Origin: a phage
Strand: one strand, 5' to 3'
Length of the DNA: 64,000 nt
Sequence record: PQ724394.1
In this document: positions 1 through 9,032 of the stretch, piece by piece
Layout of the letters: the number at the start of each line of letters is the position of its first letter
Position numbering within the stretch: position 1 is the stretch's first letter
Program-made: the position numbers and the translations under genes
The notes under the pieces: model-generated
Database searches by the model: none
The model's input: the letters and a program-made list of their open reading frames with translations, nothing else
What the model was told of the DNA's origin: nothing

Positions 1-779
1 TTATCAGTATTCACAATTTCCTCACATTTTTCTTGGTAAATTTCAGCGTCAGTTTTTGGAACAGGCCATTTGATTTCGCGAACTGTTACTAAAACTTCAT
101 ATCCTTTCCAGCCTAAGTGGTGTTTAACTTCTTGGGTCTCATATTTCTCTACTGTATCCATCAAAGCTAAGGCTTGTTCGATAGTATTCAAGGTATCGTA
201 AGCAATATCTTGATACTTTACAACTTCCGCATCATCTTTAGGTTTCCAACTAGGTGACCAAATAACAGAAATAATAGCTTTTCCTTTATAACTATTTGTT
301 TTAATCATGCAATTAGCCATCGGGTGAATAGTACGACAATCACCGGAAACTATAGTTTTAGAGGCCGCTTTGAGAATTAATGCAGAGTTAGCCTTGAATT
401 CGCTAACCCAACGTTGCGGAAATAAACTACTAGGGTCCATACCTTTAATTTTGACATAATCTTTTATGGTATCACCAAACCATTTGTAGCTAACAACATG
501 GTTAGAACCCGGATATTTCTCTTTACCGAACTCAGAAAGGATGTCCTTATTGACCAGTCGAGAAAGCAGTCGAGAACCTTTAAATGTATCTACGATATCA
601 GGAATAAACAAACGACCCGCTATCTTTTCGATTTCAGCTTTGAAACAGCGCGATAATGCATCATCAATTTGGTCGACCCATTTATTGATATTAGAAACTA
701 TTACCACATATGGGGTTAATGGAGGGGTTTTGTCAGTGATATACTTAGTAAAGGCATTAATGTATTCAGTACGGGTCAT
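1..779 (-). CDS. hypothetical protein, 3' end runs off the window edge
   Basis: Open minus-strand frame from ATG at 777-779 to position 1 with no stop; absent from the ORF track because it is incomplete; no recognisable motif. Confidence 0.45.
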   Translation of the reverse strand, partial: MTRTEYINAFTKYITDKTPPLTPYVVIVSNINKWVDQIDDALSRCFKAEIEKIAGRLFIPDIVDTFKGSRLLSRLVNKDILSEFGKEKYPGSNHVVSYKWFGDTIKDYVKIKGMDPSSLFPQRWVSEFKANSALILKAASKTIVSGDCRTIHPMANCMIKTNSYKGKAIISVIWSPSWKPKDDAEVVKYQDIAYDTLNTIEQALALMDTVEKYETQEVKHHLGWKGYEVLVTVREIKWPVPKTDAEIYQEKCEEIVNTD

Positions 780-838
780 GATATTCTCCTCAGTAGTTGA
801 TAAAAGGATTATACTCCATCCGTCCTTGGATGTAAACA

Positions 839-1744
839 CTATTTTAGAGCTAATAGTGCCGCGCTGAGCTTGTCACGCTGGTTTTCCATATTCTTGATGC
901 GGGTCAATACGTCTTGAATGCTCTTTTTCTCATCTTCAATCTGACCATTTAAACGGTGGATTGATTCCTGAATGCTATCTGCATAATAGGTCTCAATAGG
1001 TTTCATCGTAGGGTTAGTAACAACCAAAGAATTATCAGGTTTAATTTTCCAATGATACGGTTCGGAATTGAATGGACTAGGCACAGCAGTGGTTTTGAAT
1101 TTGTCATAGGCAGCATACTGGCCTACGCTGTCACATGATACTGTAGAGGTAGCGGTAGATATACGACGTTCCATTTGTGGGTCCTTTTGTTGGGATTGAT
1201 AAGGGGCATAAGATAAAAGATATTCGCGAGTTAGTTTAACATTAAAATACACTGCATCGGCTTGCCCTGAACAATCGGCATATTCATCGGTTGTAACTTT
1301 ATACGATTCTACCGCTTTAATACGATTTAATGCTTCTTTGAATAGGGTTTTGAATGCTTCACGAAGAGCCTTATTACCTTTTGAGGTAGGACGGAAACGA
1401 ACTTGAATACCGTCAGCCAGAATATTAATGACTAGGTTATGAGCCGTAAAATTAATATTCTTGATATTAACAGGAACCGTAGAAATACGTCCTGCAGTGG
1501 CCAAGAGGTCTTTGATATTAGCCCGCAATGTTGCACCAAACAGGTGGGCTGGGCACCGGCAATAATCGTTCAAAGAACTAATATAGGTCCCTTTACGTCC
1601 TACACCATAAGTATAATTACCATTACAAATATGACCAAAGTCGGCCAGCCGATCGATAGCGATACGACGAGTCGTATCGTGGTCGTATATAGAATATTCT
1701 TTACGTGTTTTAATGTTCATATTAAAGTCCAAATAATTTTTCAT
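839..1744 (-). CDS. hypothetical protein (301 aa) with Cys/His-rich N-terminal region and C-terminal coiled coil
   Basis: Long ORF in minus-strand gene array; CxxxxxxC..CxC..H cluster near N-terminus; function unknown. Confidence 0.5.
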   Translation of the reverse strand: MKNYLDFNMNIKTRKEYSIYDHDTTRRIAIDRLADFGHICNGNYTYGVGRKGTYISSLNDYCRCPAHLFGATLRANIKDLLATAGRISTVPVNIKNINFTAHNLVINILADGIQVRFRPTSKGNKALREAFKTLFKEALNRIKAVESYKVTTDEYADCSGQADAVYFNVKLTREYLLSYAPYQSQQKDPQMERRISTATSTVSCDSVGQYAAYDKFKTTAVPSPFNSEPYHWKIKPDNSLVVTNPTMKPIETYYADSIQESIHRLNGQIEDEKKSIQDVLTRIKNMENQRDKLSAALLALK

Positions 1745-1937
1745 AGAATTTAGCGAAAGGCCATGCGATACACATTATAATGCCCACTATCCAAAACATA
1801 GGCCATGCTAAAGTAGTGAATACTGCATCATACTCATCACCGGTTTCATACGGACTATCAAACTTATGGAGCAGTACAGTAGTAATGAATCCTATCACAA
1901 AATATCCAAAAATAGAACCAATAATTAAAGTAGTCAT
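1722..1937 (-). CDS. small membrane protein (71 aa, two predicted TM helices)
   Basis: Hydrophobic stretches IIGSIFGYFVIGFITTVLL and AWPMFWIVGIIMCIAWPF; overlaps upstream gene end. Confidence 0.45.
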   Translation of the reverse strand: MTTLIIGSIFGYFVIGFITTVLLHKFDSPYETGDEYDAVFTTLAWPMFWIVGIIMCIAWPFAKFYEKLFGL

Positions 1938-2021
1938 ATTAACCTATAATGTTTGAGAAAATTAGCCACAGAACACCCGTGGCTACGATTACATATCCAA
2001 GAACAGCGAGCCATTCCATAA

Positions 2022-2867
2022 TTAATCCTTAAGAAGATTTAGGATATCGATATATTTCTGACGTTCAGCCTTAGCTTTGGCATTCAGACCAGAGAGTCGG
2101 AAAATCTCATCATCTTGTTGTTGGATTGTAACATTCAAGCAAGTAAGCAAATTGCTAAAATACTCAATCTGGGCTTGATGTTTCTCATTGCTGCGCACTG
2201 GTACAGGTTCCATTTTAGGAGCTTGTTCTGAATGCTCTTCAGCCAGGTCTTTAATTTTATAAAGTTTAATACGTTGACCTACTCCAGTTTCAGCATCACC
2301 AAAACTAAGAACACCGTGCTGTTCTAATTCAGACAGGGCTAATCGGAGATGGAACTTCCAGTTGTCATATTGACAACCACTAAAAGTTGAAATGGTATAC
2401 TCATTTTCATTTCCGGGGTGGTTAACAATATTAAAGATAATCCAATCGCCTGAACCATTGGTCTTAAAGGTCATTTGTTTATCAAGACCTTTTGCAAGGC
2501 GAGCGCCAAGAGCCAGTAGACGTCGTTGGTTGGCATGAAGGTCTTGAACAACTTCGTCAAATGACATCGCAGGGATTAAACGACCGTAGAGGTCGTAGCC
2601 TTTGTTATAATTTTTAAGAATAATTTTGGCATTAGCACGAGACAACATACCTGTTTTACGAAGAGTTTTCATGACTCGGTCTTCTAACGTAAACGAACCT
2701 TTAGTCTTGTCAAAGATTTTAGTGAAGTCATCTTTAACAGTACAAACATTGAACTTGTCCCACATCATATATAGGACCTTTTCAACCACTTCTTTAGAAC
2801 TAGGAATACGGCCAAATTTAACAACTTTTTTAACTTCAGAACGAATTTGATTAATTGCTTGTGACAT
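2022..2867 (-). CDS. hypothetical protein (281 aa)
   Basis: Long ORF, co-directional gene array, no recognised motif. Confidence 0.5.
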   Translation of the reverse strand: MSQAINQIRSEVKKVVKFGRIPSSKEVVEKVLYMMWDKFNVCTVKDDFTKIFDKTKGSFTLEDRVMKTLRKTGMLSRANAKIILKNYNKGYDLYGRLIPAMSFDEVVQDLHANQRRLLALGARLAKGLDKQMTFKTNGSGDWIIFNIVNHPGNENEYTISTFSGCQYDNWKFHLRLALSELEQHGVLSFGDAETGVGQRIKLYKIKDLAEEHSEQAPKMEPVPVRSNEKHQAQIEYFSNLLTCLNVTIQQQDDEIFRLSGLNAKAKAERQKYIDILNLLKD

Positions 2868-2930
2868 AATAATTTCCTCAGTAAGTAATTAAGAACCTAG
2901 AACCATTATACCATCCTTGGTATAAAGCGT

Positions 2931-3455
2931 TTATGCGAGAACCGTCTTTAAACGCTCTTCAAATTTCTGAAGCAGAGCTTGGCGTTCAGCTCGTTGTGAT
3001 TTGTACTGCTCGATACGACCTGAAGTGAGGGCGTACTGTTCGTTTACTGATTCCCGCATAAATTCAGGAATCTCTTTACAAGCTTTGATTTCGTCAAACT
3101 TATCAATAACTGCTTGTTGTTCAGCAATCAAGTTATCGAAATAAGCGATATCTGATTTAACGTTTGCCAGGTCAGATTCAGTAGGCATTAAACGTTTATT
3201 ACGCTCGGCTTGATAAGCTTGGTTGGTTTCACGACTCCAGTGAAGAGTACGTTTTTTGTTGGTGTTTTTATAGAGCTCTACAATACCAACTGAATCGATT
3301 ACAGCAATCCAGTTCCAACGGCTTTTGTAAATCTCTCCTCCAGATACGGTAATCTCATTACCACAAGCAACATCATTAAAGAACTTGCTTTGTTTTTCAG
3401 ATTTGAAATTACCATTGTTAAAATTAATCAGTGAAAAAATATCTTTAGCGTTCAT
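2931..3455 (-). CDS. hypothetical protein (174 aa)
   Basis: ORF directly downstream of a PeSL-like promoter cassette; ATG at 3455. Confidence 0.55.
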   Translation of the reverse strand: MNAKDIFSLINFNNGNFKSEKQSKFFNDVACGNEITVSGGEIYKSRWNWIAVIDSVGIVELYKNTNKKRTLHWSRETNQAYQAERNKRLMPTESDLANVKSDIAYFDNLIAEQQAVIDKFDEIKACKEIPEFMRESVNEQYALTSGRIEQYKSQRAERQALLQKFEERLKTVLA

Positions 3456-3457
3456 GA

Positions 3458-3510
3458 TAACCTCCAGTAGTTGATAGGTCTATAGTATCATTTCTACTGG
3501 AGATGTAAAC
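3458..3510 (-). promoter_or_regulatory. PeSL-like early promoter cassette (GTTTAC -35, 17-nt spacer, TACTAT -10, inverted repeat CTCCAGTAG/CTACTGGAG, RBS)
   Basis: Minus-sense GTTTACATCTCCAGTAGAAATGATACTATAGACCTATCAACTACTGGAGG then ATG; conserved core shared with other copies. Confidence 0.65.
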
Positions 3511-3512
3511 AA

Positions 3513-3854
3513 CTAATAAAAACTTTTTTCACCGGCTTGCCCACTAAACCATGCGGATTGGGTGTTCTCTTTCCGTTGGTGTTCAATACGAATACGGTAT
3601 TCGTTCCTGATGGCGTAGAGTTCATCCCTGAAGTCGCCTGCCAACTTAACCTGCTTACGGTCTAGATTTATTAAGGCTTGGGTCTTCGCTGCCAAGAGCA
3701 GTCTCCTGTAGTCTCCTTCTTCACAATCGGTTTTATAAACTCTATTGGTATATCCGTCGATAACTTCCTTATCATAGTCCTCGACGGACCGTTTCATGGC
3801 TTTGGAAAAAGTCTGACCTGCATTAAAAAGATTGTAAATAAATTGTTCGAACAT
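3513..3854 (-). CDS. hypothetical protein (113 aa)
   Basis: ORF in gene array; no motif recognised. Confidence 0.5.
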   Translation of the reverse strand: MFEQFIYNLFNAGQTFSKAMKRSVEDYDKEVIDGYTNRVYKTDCEEGDYRRLLLAAKTQALINLDRKQVKLAGDFRDELYAIRNEYRIRIEHQRKENTQSAWFSGQAGEKSFY

Positions 3855-3864
3855 AATTTCACCT

Positions 3865-4845
3865 TTATTTCAGAAGTGTAACTTCAGCGATTTCGCTCCA
3901 GTCATTTTTATCGGTGGCAATGAAGTCCGCCAGATAAAGAGCCGTACGCAATGATACGTTACGAAGACGAGATACATTAGCCTTCATCCATGCTAAAGCT
4001 TGATAAGTCTCAGCATCAGTCAGACCTCGGTTTTGCATCATATCAGTGGACAGGATAACGTCTTCAACACGAACCATAATCTCTTCGTTCGAGTGAACTC
4101 CGAGGTCCAAGTAAACTGAACGAGATACTAAAGCCTGGAGGTGCGGAGCAAGTTTAGTACCACGTTCTAATTCACGGTCAATATCAACGTTGGTGATGAA
4201 CACGATGGTGCCTTCGTATTCGAATTCTTTATCGATATTTTTATCATCGAGATAAGAACTTGAAGTGCTCCAGCACACCTTACGTTTCTCTCCTGTATCC
4301 AACGCCGCTTTAAGAAGGTTCAGGATATCCATGTCAGAGAATACATCAACATCATCAATAAGAAGAACACTATTAGGGCCGCGGTTATTCCAAAGCTGCT
4401 CGTAAAGACCGATTCCACTAATCTTTCCGTTGATTGATTTATATTCGATAGTTTCATTTTCGTGGGCATTTTGTAATGCTTTATCCAAAGAGTATGTTTT
4501 ACCAATACCTGCGGCACCGGAGATGATAAGGGAACGAATTTTACCATCGATGATTCCGTTAGTCATCATGTTCATTACTTTAAAACGTTTGTTGATGCGG
4601 TGTTTCATTTCTTCGGCGGATTCAGTAATCACCGCAGGAGCTTCGGCACCTTCCATTTCGATGTCACATTTGAACACCCATACACCACGTTCAACACCAT
4701 CAATCTGTACAAATACCTTACCATCACCGAGATGAGCTTCGGATTCATGAATTTTATTAGGGAACCAGGTTTTACCTGAACTCATGAACGTACCAGAGAT
4801 TTCATTACCACGATAGATACCTTTGTTGATTTTGATAGTTAACAT
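3865..4845 (-). CDS. AAA+/P-loop ATPase (326 aa)
   Basis: Walker A GAAGIGKT, Walker B VLLIDDVD, sensor-like IVFITN; ATG at 4845 preceded by RBS GGAGAATAAA and a PeSL-like promoter. Confidence 0.6.
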   Translation of the reverse strand: MLTIKINKGIYRGNEISGTFMSSGKTWFPNKIHESEAHLGDGKVFVQIDGVERGVWVFKCDIEMEGAEAPAVITESAEEMKHRINKRFKVMNMMTNGIIDGKIRSLIISGAAGIGKTYSLDKALQNAHENETIEYKSINGKISGIGLYEQLWNNRGPNSVLLIDDVDVFSDMDILNLLKAALDTGEKRKVCWSTSSSYLDDKNIDKEFEYEGTIVFITNVDIDRELERGTKLAPHLQALVSRSVYLDLGVHSNEEIMVRVEDVILSTDMMQNRGLTDAETYQALAWMKANVSRLRNVSLRTALYLADFIATDKNDWSEIAEVTLLK

Positions 4846-4911
4846 TTTATTCTCCGTTTAACTCAGTAGATTTGATAGGTCCATAATAACATGCTCTACG
4901 AGAGTGTAAAC
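4846..4911 (-). promoter_or_regulatory. PeSL-like early promoter cassette (diverged core)
   Basis: Minus-sense GTTTACACTCTCGTAGAGCATGTTATTATGGACCTATCAAATCTACTGAG then GGAGAATAAAATG. Confidence 0.55.
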
Positions 4912-4928
4912 TCTTTTTTGCACTAAAC

Positions 4929-4952
4929 CCAAAAAAGGACCCCGAAGGGTCC
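4929..4952 (-). terminator. rho-independent terminator (GGACCC-UUCG-GGGUCC hairpin plus U-tract)
   Basis: Minus-sense GGACCCTTCGGGGTCCTTTTTT immediately downstream of the nucleotidyltransferase gene stop. Confidence 0.65.
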
Positions 4953-4961
4953 TAAATTTAG

Positions 4962-6002
4962 TTAACGGTAATAAGAGTTGTGGTTGTCAAGGTACACCTC
5001 TTCGACGAACTTGTCCCAGAACTTCATGTCCACCTTCGCAGGCATACCATTCTTAGCTGCCTGGATGGCCAGAACTTCAACTAAATCGACAGTATCTTCA
5101 AGAAGTTCTTGAACTTCTTTAAATGGTAATTCACCAGCTTTAATCAGCTTAATGATAGAGGCTTCACGCAATGGGAATACCAAGTCACCAGTTTGGTAGA
5201 TTTCCATCAATTGGTACCCGGCACGATAAGCATGGCTCAGAGCTTTCCAGTCAATACCTTCATTGGCTTCAGCCTTACGAGCACGTTCGCCATATTCGGC
5301 ATCGAGTTTATTCAGAGATTGCTTAAGCTCGACCAATGACAAAGTAGTTTGGTACTTACGTCCGAGGACAGTATAGAACGTTTGAGGACCTGTTTTCTCA
5401 TGGTTATGAAATACCCATTCGCAAAACTCGTTTTCAGGGAGCCTGTGCTTGATATCTTCTACCTTAGTCCGACGTAAACGATCCGGAATGCCTTCTTGAT
5501 AATCAACCCATTGTTCAGGAATCTGGTTAACAATTGCCAGTACACCACGCAGTGCAGCCAATCGAGAACCTTTAACACCATATTTAGAGGCTTGCTTACG
5601 GACGTACCCTAAATAGGCTTTCATGTTAGTTGTATAGAAACGCGAACGGTTATCTTGGATAAATTTCCATACATCAGGTAAATCAGATTTAACCACTAGT
5701 TCAGGTGGAGTGTGGAGCATATCCAGAGCAACGGTTTCGCCTTCAGCAGCCAGTTTAAAGAAATATTTCAGACTGTAAAGCTCATGGTCAACATCATCTT
5801 TAGTGTTTTTGGAAGCAGTGTTATTCGTATTCAGGTTGGTATGGTTCATTGCCGTACCTAACAGAATATCACGCGGATGCGGAACAAAGATTTCTTTAAA
5901 ATCGACATCAGATTCCGGAGTACTTGTTCCATAAAGATGGCTACCGAAGTAGCCTTTCATAACTGTTCTCATTCTTTGTTCTCGAAGTGAATTACAGGAC
6001 AC
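4962..6002 (-). CDS. Pol-beta-superfamily nucleotidyltransferase-like protein (346 aa)
   Basis: N-terminal GS-x10-DVD motif (YFGSHLYGTSTPESDVDF) typical of the nucleotidyltransferase fold; substrate unknown. Confidence 0.55.
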   Translation of the reverse strand: MSCNSLREQRMRTVMKGYFGSHLYGTSTPESDVDFKEIFVPHPRDILLGTAMNHTNLNTNNTASKNTKDDVDHELYSLKYFFKLAAEGETVALDMLHTPPELVVKSDLPDVWKFIQDNRSRFYTTNMKAYLGYVRKQASKYGVKGSRLAALRGVLAIVNQIPEQWVDYQEGIPDRLRRTKVEDIKHRLPENEFCEWVFHNHEKTGPQTFYTVLGRKYQTTLSLVELKQSLNKLDAEYGERARKAEANEGIDWKALSHAYRAGYQLMEIYQTGDLVFPLREASIIKLIKAGELPFKEVQELLEDTVDLVEVLAIQAAKNGMPAKVDMKFWDKFVEEVYLDNHNSYYR

Positions 6003-6421
6003 ATCTTAGATTTACGAGCTTTAATGTATTGGACGACGATATTTTCTTTAATTTCCTTTCCTTCACGTTTAGCTTTAATTCGTTCCCATTCCTTTTCTTC
6101 TCTACGGGCATCATACCATGCATGTAAATTCATCGCACCGAATGCTAAACCGATGGATAGCGCAATAATAAGAGCTATTGCAGTCAACCCTAAAACAAAC
6201 CCGAGGCTCAACAGAACGGGAGTACTTAATACAAAGAAATGCTCTAATACACCAGCGCCTGCAACAGTTAATCCAAAAAGCGTACTACCTACAACAACAG
6301 CACAAGCAAAACAAGCCCAAATCATTTTCCAGAAATAAGCACACAAAGAGTGCGGTCGAGAATGACTGTCATAAAAACGGTCGTGTAATTTAACGTGCCA
6401 AGAGTTTGAATTGATAATCAT
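5969..6421 (-). CDS. membrane protein (150 aa, multi-TM) with basic C-terminal tail
   Basis: Hydrophobic segments WACFACAVVVGSTLFGLTVAGAGVL and LLSLGFVLGLTAIALIIALSIGLAFGA; overlaps downstream gene by 34 nt. Confidence 0.5.
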   Translation of the reverse strand: MIINSNSWHVKLHDRFYDSHSRPHSLCAYFWKMIWACFACAVVVGSTLFGLTVAGAGVLEHFFVLSTPVLLSLGFVLGLTAIALIIALSIGLAFGAMNLHAWYDARREEKEWERIKAKREGKEIKENIVVQYIKARKSKMCPVIHFENKE

Positions 6422-6431
6422 AATATTTTCC

Positions 6432-6992
6432 TTAAGGGTTCATAGTTGGGATAACAGAGTTCAGATAAGAGACTAAAACTTTTAGCTCGTCTTTAGTAAA
6501 TACCACTTCATTTTCACCGTCGTGTCTTTGGGTCAAGGATAGCAAATCACGACCCTGGTGTTGATACACGGATAATTCGGTATCATAATCCAGTTCTTCT
6601 TCATCACCTTCAAATGTTTCACTAGAACGAATCACCGCATCTTGACCTGGAACTTTCCATTCAACTTCAGGCTTGCATTCTTCCTGGAACAGTTTAAAAA
6701 TACATTTAAAGAAATTACTAGAATTCCTAATGCTTAGACATTCCGTATCAGTTTCGATATTAAATCCGTCTTCATTTTTATAAATCTGGGCCCATACATC
6801 GTCGTTAATATCAAACGATGCTCTATGGCGTCCATCAAGATACCCATCTTTATCCAAAACCTTTAAATCATAAAGTGGTTTAATATCTTGGATAGTTAGT
6901 ACGATTTTATCGTCTTCTTGGCAAATCTCAATAGCATTATCAACTACTTCAGCGGTCAGTTCACCAAACAGCTCAGATGTTTCGATAATCAT
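6432..6992 (-). CDS. acidic hypothetical protein (186 aa)
   Basis: ORF in array; D/E-rich; no motif. Confidence 0.5.
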   Translation of the reverse strand: MIIETSELFGELTAEVVDNAIEICQEDDKIVLTIQDIKPLYDLKVLDKDGYLDGRHRASFDINDDVWAQIYKNEDGFNIETDTECLSIRNSSNFFKCIFKLFQEECKPEVEWKVPGQDAVIRSSETFEGDEEELDYDTELSVYQHQGRDLLSLTQRHDGENEVVFTKDELKVLVSYLNSVIPTMNP

Positions 6993-7002
6993 TTTTATTT
7001 CC

Positions 7003-7233
7003 TCAACGGTTATGTTTTAAAATACTATAAAGTTCTTCGACTTGGCTTGCATCCAGATAAATGACCTCGTCGTCTTGTTCCAGGACAATTCCACCTTTAA
7101 TAAGATTCCACTCTACCACTTCAACGGTCATATCATCACCAGAACCTGCTAATGTTTCAGGTTTCAAAACAATAACACCATCTTCAGAATTACCACTCGG
7201 GTCGTATAAACTCATCTCATGCTCCTGTGCCAA
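7003..7233 (-). CDS. hypothetical protein (76 aa)
   Basis: Small acidic ORF in co-directional array. Confidence 0.4.
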   Translation of the reverse strand: MAQEHEMSLYDPSGNSEDGVIVLKPETLAGSGDDMTVEVVEWNLIKGGIVLEQDDEVIYLDASQVEELYSILKHNR

Positions 7234-7469
7234 CAGTTACGTGGCTCACGTTTAAAAATTTCATCATGCATTGACTGACAACCTATACAGTATATCACAC
7301 CTTTGATAGCTTGACGTCGTGCTTCAGGAATCTCTTCATCACAATCAAAACAATATTTAGCCGATTCACGTTCAACTGCTACTTGCTTACGGGCGTGTAC
7401 TATAGCGGCCTGTACGACCGCTTCCATTTCGAGCTGTTCAGCTCCGTCCTTAGCAAATCCAACAGCCAT
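7212..7469 (-). CDS. TraR/DksA-family C4 zinc-finger protein (85 aa)
   Basis: CFDCDEEIPEARRQAIKGVIYCIGCQ matches the CxxC-x17-CxxC TraR/DksA zinc-finger pattern. Confidence 0.6.
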   Translation of the reverse strand: MAVGFAKDGAEQLEMEAVVQAAIVHARKQVAVERESAKYCFDCDEEIPEARRQAIKGVIYCIGCQSMHDEIFKREPRNCWHRSMR

Positions 7470-7651
7470 TATGCTTTCAACTCATTAAGATACTCAACCA
7501 AGGCTGCTTTAGAGTTAGCCAAATCTCGTTTACACTGCTCTATTCCGGAATACGAATAGCCTTCGCAATGTTCTACTGCAATATCATAAGAATCGCGTTC
7601 AACATCGCTAGCAAGTTTGATAATTTTCTCAATCTGTTCAGTAGTTAACAT
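7469..7651 (-). CDS. hypothetical protein (60 aa)
   Basis: Small ORF, start overlaps upstream stop. Confidence 0.4.
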   Translation of the reverse strand: MLTTEQIEKIIKLASDVERDSYDIAVEHCEGYSYSGIEQCKRDLANSKAALVEYLNELKA

Positions 7652-7655
7652 AATA

Positions 7656-7892
7656 TCACCAGTATTTGTTGATAGTAGAAATTAATTCTTGGGCTTGAGT
7701 GGTCTTCAGCTTACACCCACAACCCTTTAATGTGTCTTTAAGGAGCCATGGTTCCTTGAGCTCGTCCTTTTCTAGGCGAATTCTGTACCCTCGGTAGTCA
7801 GCAAATATACTTCGGTCGTCGAATATCTTAATCTCAAGGAGGTGGTTATTGATTTCGTATTCCAATGAAACCGTAGTACTTGTAAGTTTCAT
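7656..7892 (-). CDS. hypothetical protein (78 aa)
   Basis: ATG at 7892 preceded by GAGGAG RBS and a PeSL-like promoter. Confidence 0.5.
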   Translation of the reverse strand: MKLTSTTVSLEYEINNHLLEIKIFDDRSIFADYRGYRIRLEKDELKEPWLLKDTLKGCGCKLKTTQAQELISTINKYW

Positions 7893-7949
7893 ACTGTTCT
7901 CCTCATTAGTTGATAGGTCTATAGTATCACGTTCCTAGAGGATGTAAAC
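7893..7949 (-). promoter_or_regulatory. PeSL-like early promoter cassette
   Basis: Minus-sense GTTTACATCCTCTAGGAACGTGATACTATAGACCTATCAACTAATGAGGAG. Confidence 0.65.
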
Positions 7950-7957
7950 ACTAAAAC

Positions 7958-7984
7958 GAAAAAAGGTCCCACCGAAGTGAGACC
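7958..7984 (-). terminator. rho-independent terminator (UUCG-loop hairpin plus U-tract)
   Basis: Minus-sense GGTCTCACTTCGGTGGGACCTTTTTT downstream of the 7990..8376 gene. Confidence 0.6.
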
Positions 7985-7989
7985 TTTGA

Positions 7990-8376
7990 TTATTCTAACG
8001 TTAACAAATACTTAGTCTGGTAAAAGACACCAGTGATGTCGTCCAAAGTCGATTGGATGGCCTTAGGAAGATTTTTGTAGATTTTATCAGACGCTTTAAT
8101 AAGTTCATCAAGAAAATCTATGGGGTCTTTAGGCAGTTCTGAAGCAGATGGTAGTGATGCTTTATATTCTTTGCCACTAAATCCTAAATACTGTTCACTG
8201 AACTGGTCTAGTGGTCCTTGAACTTCTGTATAATAGAAGTCATATGCTTTGTGTCTTGCATAGCTTTTGGTTTCCAAATGGGCTGACTTAAAATAGGCTA
8301 AAGAAACCAACAGCCAGCCAATATAAGAATCTACTTCAGTCCCTCGACTAAGTACGAAATCATTGAATTTCATCAT
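7990..8376 (-). CDS. hypothetical protein (128 aa)
   Basis: ORF immediately downstream of the rI-like gene. Confidence 0.5.
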   Translation of the reverse strand: MMKFNDFVLSRGTEVDSYIGWLLVSLAYFKSAHLETKSYARHKAYDFYYTEVQGPLDQFSEQYLGFSGKEYKASLPSASELPKDPIDFLDELIKASDKIYKNLPKAIQSTLDDITGVFYQTKYLLTLE

Positions 8377-8653
8377 CTACCTTCATTAGTTTAGCGTATC
8401 GTTCTCCGATAGCCCGACCTTCAATCGAGCAAGACTCTATTGTATTGCAATTTGAAATTTTCCAAGAAGCAGTTACATAAGCCCAGTAGTCTTCGGAGGC
8501 CTTTACACTAGGTTTACTCATTTGCGCATAAACTGGCATCGCACTACTAGCAAAGGCGTCCATCAATTTAGGGTCGGATTTGTTTGCTAGTGAAGATGTT
8601 GGGCTTAAACATCCAATCATAAGGATACAAGCCACTGTACGGAAAATACCCAT
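8360..8653 (-). CDS. rI: rI-like lysis-inhibition regulator (97 aa, signal-anchored periplasmic protein)
   Basis: 97 aa, N-terminal hydrophobic segment, position two genes downstream of tk as in T4; C-terminal similarity to T4 RI from memory only. Confidence 0.45.
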   Translation of the reverse strand: MGIFRTVACILMIGCLSPTSSLANKSDPKLMDAFASSAMPVYAQMSKPSVKASEDYWAYVTASWKISNCNTIESCSIEGRAIGERYAKLMKVDDEIQ

Positions 8654-8746
8654 ACAAAAGTCCTTTGTTATTTTATACGAATTTGCCTTTCGGCCTTAAC
8701 CGATAGCGATTACCAAAAGCTAAAGCTCTACGGTTAGTATTACTAT

Positions 8747-9025
8747 TTATAGCTTTTTAAGCTTGCGACAATAAGAATAGAACACGTCGTTAAAATTATA
8801 TTCAACCCAATTCCTCTGTATAGGCGAGGTAATGGAAAGCATATAATGCGCTTTAATTAAATCCATCCCATTTTTATTAGGGCATTCTTTATTATTAGCA
8901 TTATACGTCGCTGCTACAACTTCTATCTCTCTTTTGTAAGCCGCATCATCCATGATGGGCGAAAGAACAATATAAGAGATGGCCACAGCGAACGCTAGAA
9001 TTAAAATCTTTGAATTTAGGTCCAT
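8747..9025 (-). CDS. hypothetical signal-anchored protein (92 aa), rI.1 position
   Basis: N-terminal hydrophobic helix ILILAFAVAISYIVL; lies between tk and the rI-like gene. Confidence 0.45.
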   Translation of the reverse strand: MDLNSKILILAFAVAISYIVLSPIMDDAAYKREIEVVAATYNANNKECPNKNGMDLIKAHYMLSITSPIQRNWVEYNFNDVFYSYCRKLKKL

Positions 9026-9032
9026 AGTACCC

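Noticed and set aside
541-867. Plus-strand ORF of 108 aa
   Set aside because: Lies antisense within the minus-strand partial gene 1..779, with no RBS and no partner genes on that strand; taken as a chance frame.
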